A DNA stretch of 64,000 bases from Phycisphaerales bacterium. GTDB lineage: Bacteria > Planctomycetota > Phycisphaerae > UBA1845 > Fen-1342. Each line of letters starts with the position of its first letter. The stretch's first letter is position 1. The notes beneath the pieces were generated by a model. The model was not told where the DNA came from. It did not search any database and was given only the letters and a program-made list of their open reading frames with translations. Location: contig JADJXS010000001.1 in assembly GCA_016710275.1 (NCBI GenBank), positions 2,015,449-2,079,448 on the forward strand, written 5' to 3'. This document shows, one piece after another, positions 19,001 through 26,659 of this stretch. A program made the position numbers and the translations under genes.

Positions 19001-22000
19001 GTCGCCGACGAGCACGTCGCCGTCCGGGCCGCCGAAGATCAGGTTGCCGAAGATCAGGCAGAAGTCCTGATCGGGAAGCTCGATGTTTCCGCCCGATCCA
19101 CCGTAAATGTGGTCCACGCCGGTTCCGCCGAAGAGCAAGTCAATGCCGCCGGTGGAATCGTCGTCGTCCTCGGGCGCTCCCTCTTCGTCGCCGTGCAGCG
19201 TGTCGTCGCCGCTCTGGCCGAAGACCAGGTCGCCGAGGTCGATGGAAAATGTGGTGTCGATTTCGAGCAGGTGGCCGTTTCCGGCGGTGACGGTGTCGTC
19301 GCCGGCGCCGCAGAAGATCAGGTCGATTCCGTCCAGGGTGGAGATCGTGTCGTTCTGATTTCCGCCGAAGATGACGTTTCCGAGCTTCAGCTCGAAGTCG
19401 GGGTCGCTGGAGTCACCGATGCTCAGCAGGCCGCCGCCATAGCCGAAGATCGTGTCGGCGCCGTTACCGCCGAAGATCACGTCGATGTCGTCGTCGTCGC
19501 GGTCGGCTTCCTCGTCGTCATCGTCGCCGTGCAACTCGTCGTCGCCGTCGCGGCCGAAGATCAGGTCACCGAGGGCCAGCCGGAACTCGTTGGAGCCGCT
19601 GCCGATGGTGAGCAGGTCGCCCTTGCCGGCGACGATGTAGTCGTCGTCGTCTCCGCCGAAGAGCACGTCGATGCCGTCGAGCGTGCGGATCGTGTCATTC
19701 TGTTCGCCGCCGAAGATCAGGTTTCCGAGGCGCAGCTCGAAGTCGGGGTCGCTGACGTCGCCGATGCTCAGCAGGCCGCCGCCGTAGCCATGTATCTCGT
19801 CCTCGCCATCGCCGCCGAAGACGAAGTCGATGTCGTCGTCGTTGCGATCGGCGTCGTTGGCGTCGTGATCGCTGTGGACGGTGTCGTTGCCTGTGCCTGC
19901 GAAGATCAGGTCGCCGAGCGCGAGGCGGAACTGGCTGCTTCCGCTGCCGATGGTGAGCTGCGCACCCTTACGCGTGCGGATGGTGTCGTTGTCGTCTCCG
20001 CCGAAGACGACGTCGAGTCCGTCGCGGGTGAAGACCAGATCGTCTCCGCCGCCTCCGAAGGCCAGGTTTCCGAACTGAAAGCTGAAAGAATTGACCGTCA
20101 GGATTCCGCCGTGGCTCAGTTGCAGCGAATCGTCGCCGCCGCCGCCCATGGCGAAGTCGATACCGACCAGGTCCGTGCCGACGCTGTTGCCCGACACGAT
20201 CAGGTCATTGCCGTCATTGCCGAAGAACAGATCGCCCAGTTCGACGGAGAGGCCGCCGCGCGTGAGCGTCTGCCCGCCGCCGCCGAAGATGCAATCACCG
20301 CCGCCATTGCCGATGAGGACGTCGACCTTGTCTCCGCCGTAGATTTCGTCGCTGCCGCCGCCGCCGAAGATCAGATCGTTGCCGTCCTGGCCGAGCAGCT
20401 TGTCGGCTCCGCCGCTGCCGATGATCAGGTCGTTTCCATCGCCACCTTCGATGCGATCCTTGCCGAGCGTGCCCACAAGGAAGTCGTTTCCGGGACCGCC
20501 GATGATCGTGTTGGTGGTCTCCACCTCGCAACCGGGGTTGAACGGGCCGAACGATACGTCGTCGCGCAGCAAGGGAGCGGCGACGACCATCAGGGCGTGC
20601 AGGTCGGCGAGGATCAGGTCCGCCTCGGCGCGGATCGCGTCGGCGGGGTTCACGACCGTCGCCGTCACCTGCGCTTCGAGCGCGTTGGCGGCGGACTCGA
20701 CTTCGTTCATTCCGCGCGTGTCCATCGTGTCGCCGCGGGTCTCGAGGTCCAGCTCGACGCTGGCGACCCACTGCTCCCAGTCGGCGTTCATCGCATCCGC
20801 CGTGGCGCTGAGCGCATCGGCGTTGTTCACGAGCGTGTCGGCGTCCGCCTCGAGCAGCGACACCGCCGAGGTCGGGTTTTCATCGTCCCCCAGCCCGTCC
20901 GCCATGGCCTCGAGCGCATCGCCGTCGGTCTCAATTCCATCGGCGGTCGCTTCAACCGCGTCGATCTTGGCCTCGGTGTTGTCCGTGATGGACTCCAGCG
21001 CCTCAATGCGCCGCTCCACCTCCGCGCAGATCGGCGAGAGGCCGCTGGGTTCCTGCAGGCCTTCGTTGAATTCCGTCTCGGTCGGCTCGGGGTCTTCCAG
21101 GCAGGAATCCGCGAGCGACTCAATCGTCAGCATGTGGCTGTTGAGCGTGTTCGTGAACACCGTGATGCCGTCGCCGCTCTGCGTTTCCAGTCCCATCTGC
21201 GAAGCGCGGCCGTAGAGAATCTGGGCGCGCGCCAGCAGGTCCTGTCCGATCGGCAACAGCAACTCGAAATCATCCACCATGATTTCGACGTTGGCGGTGA
21301 ACTCGGTGGCTTCGTCCGCCGCGATGACCAGGTCGTCGGCCAGGAAGTTCTGCGCGTAGTTCGCGATGCGCGAATGCGCGTCCTGCACCGCGGCCGCGGT
21401 CGGCTGCACCAGCTCGCTTTCGATGTCTCGAACGTACAGCGCCGTCGGCATGATGAGGTCGTTGGCCGCGTCGCGCGCCGCCGTCGCCATGTTCTCGACG
21501 AGGCAGGGGACGGTGCTGCAGCCGGAGGGGGATTCATCGAGCAGGTCGAGCACTCGGTCGATCAGGTCGGCAGCCTGCTGAAGCGTCGCGATCATGTTGA
21601 GCGCGTCGTTGATGGACGTGACGTTCAGGTCGATGCCGCCCAGCACGATGTCCTCGCCGCCGCCGCCGTCGATTTCAATGATCCACGAATCCGAGAGAAT
21701 CCCCTCGGAGTCGTCCATCACGATCAGGTCGTCGGAGTCGTCGGCGCTGACGCGAATCGTGTGAAACGGCGTGGCCACGCTGTCGAACGTGCAGCTTGGC
21801 AGGGCGGCCGTGGCGGGGTCATAGACTTCGACGACGGCCGGGTCGCTGGCGCTGATCCGAACCCGGATGCTGTCCGGGTTCGCCGTGCCGTTGATTTCCA
21901 GGACATTGGCATTCACATCGGCCGTCAGCGTTCCGCACGCCGTACCGGCTCGCGCCGTGCCCGGCGCTGCGAACAGCCCGACTGAAGCGGCGACAGCCGC

Positions 22001-22633
22001 AACCGCGAAAAGGCCGGCACCGGTCCGGCTGCCTTGCGAGGCACGCCGGAACGAGCGGCCGCGTCGGCCGCGCAGCGCCAGCGCCGCAATGCCCAGCAGC
22101 GCCGCTGTTACCGGCTCGGGCACCAAGCGGAATGCGACGGTGCCATCCGGGAAGGGGTCGTTGTTGGGCTGAAGCGGGATGTGGATGTTCCGCAGCGTCA
22201 ACAGATGCGTCCCGGCCGGCAGGATGAAAGACGATTTGCTGAATTCCGGACGGGTCCAGGCAATCGCCGGGTTCGTCGTATAGGGGGCGTCGTCGAGCGG
22301 GCCGACCGCCGGGAAGAGAGCGCTCCAATCCGGCACCGCCGGCGTCGCCCCGACCAGCAGCCCATCGACGTAGACCTCGTTGCGGTCCGAGACGACGAAC
22401 AGGTCGGTTACGTCGATCTGAACGGGGTTGGGTGAACTGTACGTGAACAGCGGGGCGTAGTAATTCCCCGCGGACATCAGTTCGTCCAGCACGATCCAGG
22501 AGCCATCAACCGGAACGTTGATCGCCGCCAGCGCCGGGCTTTCGAGGCTTCCCTGCGTGGTGCGGATCGGAACGGCGAGTGAAATGGCCGGAAATGCAAA
22601 CAGAACGACAGCGCACAGATTCCGCGAAATCAT
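16079..22633 (-). CDS. Giant (2184 aa) secreted RTX/beta-roll repeat protein with an N-terminal PEP-CTERM module and a Cys-rich C-terminal region
   Basis: RBS GAGGAGG precedes ATG 22633, and the N-terminus is a signal peptide, MISRNLCAVVLFAFPAISLA. There are dozens of GGxGxD/LFGGxGxD nonapeptides. About 19 consecutive 18-aa units follow the pattern AGxGLNLLFGNxGxDxVx. There are three ~112-aa modules, an SdrD-B/CarboxypepD_reg-like segment (TDADGFYRIANLPIGN), and then a Cys-rich region. Confidence 0.85.
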   Translation of the reverse strand: MISRNLCAVVLFAFPAISLAVPIRTTQGSLESPALAAINVPVDGSWIVLDELMSAGNYYAPLFTYSSPNPVQIDVTDLFVVSDRNEVYVDGLLVGATPAVPDWSALFPAVGPLDDAPYTTNPAIAWTRPEFSKSSFILPAGTHLLTLRNIHIPLQPNNDPFPDGTVAFRLVPEPVTAALLGIAALALRGRRGRSFRRASQGSRTGAGLFAVAAVAASVGLFAAPGTARAGTACGTLTADVNANVLEINGTANPDSIRVRISASDPAVVEVYDPATAALPSCTFDSVATPFHTIRVSADDSDDLIVMDDSEGILSDSWIIEIDGGGGEDIVLGGIDLNVTSINDALNMIATLQQAADLIDRVLDLLDESPSGCSTVPCLVENMATAARDAANDLIMPTALYVRDIESELVQPTAAAVQDAHSRIANYAQNFLADDLVIAADEATEFTANVEIMVDDFELLLPIGQDLLARAQILYGRASQMGLETQSGDGITVFTNTLNSHMLTIESLADSCLEDPEPTETEFNEGLQEPSGLSPICAEVERRIEALESITDNTEAKIDAVEATADGIETDGDALEAMADGLGDDENPTSAVSLLEADADTLVNNADALSATADAMNADWEQWVASVELDLETRGDTMDTRGMNEVESAANALEAQVTATVVNPADAIRAEADLILADLHALMVVAAPLLRDDVSFGPFNPGCEVETTNTIIGGPGNDFLVGTLGKDRIEGGDGNDLIIGSGGADKLLGQDGNDLIFGGGGSDEIYGGDKVDVLIGNGGGDCIFGGGGQTLTRGGLSVELGDLFFGNDGNDLIVSGNSVGTDLVGIDFAMGGGGDDSLQLSHGGILTVNSFSFQFGNLAFGGGGDDLVFTRDGLDVVFGGDDNDTIRTRKGAQLTIGSGSSQFRLALGDLIFAGTGNDTVHSDHDANDADRNDDDIDFVFGGDGEDEIHGYGGGLLSIGDVSDPDFELRLGNLIFGGEQNDTIRTLDGIDVLFGGDDDDYIVAGKGDLLTIGSGSNEFRLALGDLIFGRDGDDELHGDDDDEEADRDDDDIDVIFGGNGADTIFGYGGGLLSIGDSSDPDFELKLGNVIFGGNQNDTISTLDGIDLIFCGAGDDTVTAGNGHLLEIDTTFSIDLGDLVFGQSGDDTLHGDEEGAPEDDDDSTGGIDLLFGGTGVDHIYGGSGGNIELPDQDFCLIFGNLIFGGPDGDVLVGDFSTPADDPQPGIDLIFGAGGDDTIEGSGGSLIVIGDITSSQAVILGFGNILFGGPGDDDIKGANDPYACTGVSDDLDDILATLGALGLGGAADLIFCGDGNDIVEAYDGIDFVFGGDGDDDLNADNGGILVVPVSSIPTPIAFGNLMFGADGEDEINSLGRILLPTVPPFEIDLLFGGPCDDVISAGDGLNLVFGGKANDTITAGNGINLLFGNVGDDTITAGSGINACFGNRDDDVVNAGDGINVLFGNRGNDNVNAGLGLNLVFGGREDDVVSAGIGISLLFGNGGRDDITGGGGLTLAFGGKANDRVTAGSGLAVLFGNAGEDEVNGAHGLCVAFGNAGHDIVTAGAGLNVLFGNGGEDRVRAGAGLSVLFGNGSNDIVQAGGAGLNVLFGNNHDDVLIGSGGLNLLFGNRGSDNIFGGGGVNFIFGGQDGDTMRGGGSADFLFGGAANDFIAGEGAKDFIFGNAGDDSLVTDGAGDFAFGNRGTDTVRSGNDGSSKDYLFGNRGNDALFGCSNADKLFGGRGTDSKDRNDCNGLTLASPSRGEVRGRVMIDLNGDTIGDIPHAGVTVNAGPGSAVTDADGFYRIANLPIGNHTGSQSVPGGYTQVSAPASYPIAVNGPQGIDLYLNRNFVNRERCFVAPQGLGCLGTTCSDMPNELQCRPVLVRRVMRCPDTGAICNVPEDCPCNDCVPSFAVEECDCVNPFTECYVSFNSAGPFCASQCIEGGQARPCELVVDGDLCYCACPPSPCPNTISQITFSGIVTSINADSPVPAPWNTVQVGHPWSITYWFDTAAPDNNGDPQTGEYYTLVFYQLNVGPASSGGSLFPGQSLVTNFGIPGSVDLYEVQSPVFHGGPPPPSVRLLLEDPTGTAWTLANLNPRDALPRCGDIVLDRFNARIFSLGASMPGMFWFINGNVLNVECLPCAGPFPVEQPPTRRVNPIPALVPSEEPVKKRLDPRMEEQPLFDSLRKP

Positions 22634-22916
22634 CCTCGGGCCTCCTCAGGCTCCTCAGTCAGACCGGACAAGAAGTGACCGGCGCGCCTCCACGCTCCGG
22701 GCACTCGTCAACCTACTTCGCCGCCGGCCGGGTTGCAATGATCTTCTTTGCGCATTCTTCAAGATCAAGAGTCCGAGCCGCACCGGCAGCGCCGGTGACG
22801 GGGCGCGCCACTCCTATATCCGCCGGGGAAGGGGGAATCTCCAGGTTCCGCTAAAAAAAGTGCGAATTCCCGGAATTCAGCGATGACCGCGGATTGCGGG
22901 TCGGCCGCCCGGGGGC

Positions 22917-24068
22917 CTACGGGCGGGCGTAACGTCGCCGGGACGTGCCGGAGGGCAGCGCCAGCACCCGGCGGTTGCGGACGCTCGGCGGCACATGGCC
23001 GGCCAGGTGCGGGCACTTGAGGGTCAGGCCGTCGGTGGAATAGACGCCGTCCGGGCGGATTCGATAGGCGCTGATCAGGCAGTGGCAGCGCCCGATGGTC
23101 GTCTTGATGACGTTGGGCTTGCCCTCCCAGCCCTCGACGCTGGCGCCGCCTCGACGGCCGGCGCGCGTGATGGCCAGAATCAGGGCCACCCGCGGGCGGT
23201 GCCCCAGCGCCCGCAGCTTGCGGCACCACTCGATGTTCACCTGCTGATCCGCATCGCTGTAGCCCCAGCCGCCTTGCCGGCGCAGCTCAGACAGCGAGCG
23301 GTAGGTGTGGGTGTGGAAGTCGCCCAGCAAATGCCAGTAGGGGAACAGCTCCTCCCCCATCGCCAGTTGCGTGGCTTCGCTACGCTCGTCGGCGAACACC
23401 TCGGACGGCCCGCACTTGGCGCGATGCTGAATGCAGACGCGCTCCACGTTGTATTCGGCGAGCGTGATTCCGCCGCGACCGGCCGTCGGTGCGGTCTGGC
23501 GGAGCGAGCCGAAGACGATGCCGTAGATTTCGGTGGAGGGCTTGCCGCTGCCTGCGGGGACGAGGTACGCCTCCATTCCCGCCAGCAGCATGTCCTGCAG
23601 CGCCAGTTCGCGGATCCAGACGCGCACGTCCTGGCGCGCCTCGTCCACGTCGTTCATCCACGCGGCCGGCTCATCCATCTGGTCCTGGCCGTGCGAAAGC
23701 GGTACGTTCAGGCTGCGTGCCAGGCGCTGGAAATACTCCCATTCCGCCGATTCGACGCCGTTTCGCGACAGAAGCGAATCGAGGCCGCCGGCATAGCGCG
23801 TGGATTCATAGACGGTTCGCGCCATCCCATGTCCTTGAACCGCCTCCAGATGTCGGGCGACCCGCGCACTTAGCCCCACGGTATTGGGCACCATCCACGG
23901 AATCTGCTCGAACCCGCCGCTGCCGTTGAGCACATGCAGCAACTCGATCCAGAGCATGCGGCGCACGCCGTTGCCGCTCGGGCGCGGCGCACCCGCGGCC
24001 TCGCGCAGGCGGGCGTCCAGGGTCCGCAGGTCCTTCATGAATTCCCGGGTACGCGGCATGACGGACAT
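22917..24068 (-). CDS. JAB/MPN (JAMM-like) metalloprotease-domain protein with an uncharacterised N-terminal domain
   Basis: ATG 24068 (MSVMPRTREF...). The C-terminal half contains TEIYGIVFG (candidate Glu) and GDFHTHTYRSLSELRRQGGWGYSDAD. That is an HxH ... SxxD pattern with a longer spacer than the canonical JAMM motif. The longer track ORF start (24167) overlaps tRNA-Arg and is rejected. Confidence 0.55.
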   Translation of the reverse strand: MSVMPRTREFMKDLRTLDARLREAAGAPRPSGNGVRRMLWIELLHVLNGSGGFEQIPWMVPNTVGLSARVARHLEAVQGHGMARTVYESTRYAGGLDSLLSRNGVESAEWEYFQRLARSLNVPLSHGQDQMDEPAAWMNDVDEARQDVRVWIRELALQDMLLAGMEAYLVPAGSGKPSTEIYGIVFGSLRQTAPTAGRGGITLAEYNVERVCIQHRAKCGPSEVFADERSEATQLAMGEELFPYWHLLGDFHTHTYRSLSELRRQGGWGYSDADQQVNIEWCRKLRALGHRPRVALILAITRAGRRGGASVEGWEGKPNVIKTTIGRCHCLISAYRIRPDGVYSTDGLTLKCPHLAGHVPPSVRNRRVLALPSGTSRRRYARP

Positions 24069-24142
24069 GGGGCACCTCGATCCAGTACGACTGTGAGCCA
24101 TCGGCCGGAGGTTCCGCCGCGCAGGAGGGCGCAGCGCCCGAC

Positions 24143-24216
24143 CGTCCTCGGCGGGGCTCGAACCCACAACCTTCGGCTCCGGAGGCCGACGCTCTGTCCA
24201 ATTGAGCTACGAGGAC
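24143..24216 (-). tRNA. tRNA-Arg (anticodon CCG)
   Basis: The reverse complement folds as a cloverleaf: GTCCTCG-TA-GCTC-AATTGGACA-GAGC-G-TCGGC-CTCCGGA-GCCGA-AGGTT-GTGGG-TTCGAGC-CCCGC-CGAGGAC-G. Length 74 nt; CCA is not encoded. Confidence 0.9.
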
Positions 24217-24455
24217 TTTGGGCGTGCTGTTCAGACACTGCGGCGCGAAGGAAGTCTAACCGCTGCCCCCCGCCCGTCAAGGAAAGGGCCGCGGGCGTAT
24301 GCCACCTGCTTGAGCAAGATCCATGGCGGATGGGCGGGGGACACTGCTGATTGTGGGACGCTGACTGCGGCACCCGCGTATGTTGTGGGGGCTGGAATCG
24401 TGGGAATCCGTAGCAGGTTCGGCGGGATGTCGCGGCGGCGCGTGCCTCACGCGGT

Positions 24456-24884
24456 CTACTGCGATTGCCGCTCGGTTCCCGTCGTGGATGGATTCTGGCC
24501 GGGCGGCGGGGTGTCCAGATGGCCGATGCGCGAGGCCGGGCCGGGGTGCGGGTCGGCGTCTGCGGGAGAGGGGGTGGGTACGGAGTTGGTGTGGGCGAGA
24601 GTTTCGGTTCGCCGCATGAGTTGGCCGGTGATCTTTGCGGCCCGTTCTCGCAGCTTGCGCAGCATCCAGGCCGCCCATGCGAATTCGGTGGCGAGGATCG
24701 CCAGCCCGGCCGGGATGACGACCACGGCCGGCCCGGGTGTGACAATCATGATGATTCCCAAAAGCAGGACGGTGCCGCCGATGATCGCCACCGCGACTTT
24801 CCGCGCGGTGCGATAGACCGCCGTCGGGCCGGCGCGCGCATAGTCGAAAATGGGCGTCGTCCAGGTGCGGCGGGGGGCTGTCAT
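24456..24884 (-). CDS. PGPGW-domain small membrane protein
   Basis: Two transmembrane helices with the motif IIMIVTPGPAVVVIPAGLAILATEFAWA, matching the PGPGW family pattern. The C-terminal tail is Pro-rich. Confidence 0.55.
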   Translation of the reverse strand: MTAPRRTWTTPIFDYARAGPTAVYRTARKVAVAIIGGTVLLLGIIMIVTPGPAVVVIPAGLAILATEFAWAAWMLRKLRERAAKITGQLMRRTETLAHTNSVPTPSPADADPHPGPASRIGHLDTPPPGQNPSTTGTERQSQ

Positions 24885-24890
24885 CGGGCG

Positions 24891-25931
24891 CTACGCTCCT
24901 CCCAATGGCCCCCGATCGGAACTTTCGTCGTCCTGCGGCCGGTGTGACGGGTGCGGCGTCGCCGTTCGACCCGCGCGGATGGAAGCCAGCACACCGACGG
25001 TCAGGATCACCGCGACGACGCCCAGCGTCACATGCGCCGGGATTTTATAGTGGAAGATCGCATCGACCAGCATCTTGGAACCGACGTAGGCGAGGATAAA
25101 CGCCAGGCTCACCTTGAGGTATCGGAATTGGCGCAGCAACACGGCGAGCGCGAAATAGAGCGACCGCAGCCCCAGAATCGCGAACACGTTGGAGGTGAAG
25201 ACGATGAACGGCACCTTCGTGATGGCGAAGATGGCCGGAATGGAGTCGATTGCGAACAGCACGTCGGTCGCCTCGACGACCAGCAGCGCCACGAACAGCG
25301 GCGTCATGGCCAGGCGGCCGGGTGTGCTGCTGCCGACGGCGGGCGGCAGGCGCACGAAGAAGCGGCTCTCGTGGTAGTCCGGCGTGACGGGGAAGAAGCG
25401 CCGCGCGATGCGGACCAGCGGGTTGCGATCCGGCTCGATTTCCTCCTCGCCGCTGCGCAGCATCTTCACCGCCGACCAGATCAGGATCAGGCCGAAGAGG
25501 ACCAGCACGATGTGGAACTGCACCAGCCACGCGCCGATGCCGATCATCGCGCCGCGCATGACCAATGCGCCCAGGATGCCCCAGAACAGCACGCGGTGCT
25601 GATAGAGCGCCGGCACGCGGAAGTATTCGAAGATCAGGGCGATGACGAAGATGTTGTCGAGGGAGAGCGTGTATTCGATCAGCCAGCCGGTGAAAAACTC
25701 GGTCGCCGCCTGCAACCCGCCGCCGGGCAGCGGCTCGACGCCGAACCATTGCCGCTCATAGAGGAAGTAGACGAAGACGTTGAAGATCAGGGCCAGCACG
25801 ATGCACACGCCCGTCCAGGTCAGCGCCTCGCGGGCGTGGACGACGTGCGCCTTGCGATTGAGCACGCCCAGGTCGATCGCGAGCATCGTCACCACGAAGA
25901 GGATGAACCCGCTCCACAACAGCACGGTCAT
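24891..25931 (-). CDS. TerC/Alx-family integral membrane protein
   Basis: ATG 25931 is preceded by AGGAG. MTVLLWSGFILFVVTMLAIDLGV ... EYTLSLDNIFVIALIF ... VLFAIDSIPAIFAIT are TerC signatures. An upstream in-frame ATG at 25976 is also possible. Confidence 0.85.
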   Translation of the reverse strand: MTVLLWSGFILFVVTMLAIDLGVLNRKAHVVHAREALTWTGVCIVLALIFNVFVYFLYERQWFGVEPLPGGGLQAATEFFTGWLIEYTLSLDNIFVIALIFEYFRVPALYQHRVLFWGILGALVMRGAMIGIGAWLVQFHIVLVLFGLILIWSAVKMLRSGEEEIEPDRNPLVRIARRFFPVTPDYHESRFFVRLPPAVGSSTPGRLAMTPLFVALLVVEATDVLFAIDSIPAIFAITKVPFIVFTSNVFAILGLRSLYFALAVLLRQFRYLKVSLAFILAYVGSKMLVDAIFHYKIPAHVTLGVVAVILTVGVLASIRAGRTATPHPSHRPQDDESSDRGPLGGA

Positions 25932-26273
25932 CGGGCGTGTACTCCTGCCGGCCGCGCGCGGCTCGGCGATTGCCATCTCGCATTCCGGCTGCGCGTCGCT
26001 GCCGGGTGCCGCTTTGCGCTTCAGCATTCCACGTGCTACGGCACGGCGGAGCGCGGCTGAGCGGCTGCCCTGCGCGGCCGCTTGTCGAAGTCGAGCACGC
26101 GGCACGCGGGTGCGGGCGCGGGGGATCGTAGCGGCCGACGCGCGCTGCGTGGGGGGCGGCCGCTCCGATTCCAATGGAAGGGGCGATTTGGAATCGACCT
26201 TGGCTCGCGGGAGTGAGCCGGGGGTGGTCGACGCGCTGCAGTGCCGGGGCGGTTCTGGTCCCGGGCGGCGACC

Positions 26274-26350
26274 CGCTGCGGGTGGAATCTGCGGGGCGCT
26301 GCGGTTGGAATCTGCGTTGCGCTGCGGGTTGGATTTGCGTGGCGCTGCGG
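26274..26350. repeat. About 23-bp tandem repeat, ~3.3 copies (gctgcggKtggaatctgcgKKgc)
   Basis: Copies read gctgcgggtggaatctgcggggc / gctgcggttggaatctgcgttgc / gctgcgggttggatttgcgtggc / gctgcgggcg. It lies in the intergenic region between terC and the CAT tRNA. Confidence 0.7.
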
Positions 26351-26585
26351 GCGCGTCCGCCCGGCTCGACCAGGCGGTATGCTGTCATGCCGTTGGCAAA
26401 GTGCCGCAAGAGGGAAAAATGCCCCTGAACGGCGGCGGCCGGCGAGGCCGGCAGTGACTGGCGGTGCCCGGCAGCGGGCAGTGACTATCGGTGCAACCGG
26501 GGCTGCGCGTCGCGATTGTTCGGTTGCTCGGTTGCTCGTTTTGCGGTTGTTCGGTTGGCCGCAGTGCCTTGATTGTAAACAGCCT

Positions 26586-26659
26586 GGGCCTATAGCTCAG
26601 TTGGTTAGAGCGGCGGACTCATAATCTGCTGGTCGCTGGTTCGAATCCAGCTAGGCCCA
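26586..26659 (+). tRNA. tRNA with CAT anticodon (Met or lysidine-modified Ile2; arm sequences resemble ileX-type)
   Basis: Cloverleaf: GGGCCTA-TA-GCTC-AGTTGGTTA-GAGC-G-GCGGA-CTCATAA-TCTGC-TGGTC-GCTGG-TTCGAAT-CCAGC-TAGGCCC-A. The variable loop and T-arm (TGGTCGCTGGTTC.A.TCCAGC) resemble E. coli tRNA-Ile2 from memory. Confidence 0.9.

Noticed and set aside
17810-21985. 1391-aa plus-strand ORF
   Set aside because: It is antisense to the giant RTX-like gene, and its translation is a monotonous V/A/D/E/G repeat mirroring the GGxGxD repeats. There is no start context and no motifs.
24069-24167. N-terminal 33 codons of track ORF 22917..24167
   Set aside because: This extension overlaps tRNA-Arg (24143-24216) on the same strand. 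The internal ATG 24068 avoids the overlap.
25932-26174. yybP-ykoY (Mn2+) riboswitch upstream of the TerC-family gene
   Set aside because: TerC/Alx genes are often preceded by this riboswitch. The 240 nt upstream (minus strand) lack the conserved GGGGAGUAG / UUGACA-type cores as far as I can see. A covariance-model scan would be needed to be sure.
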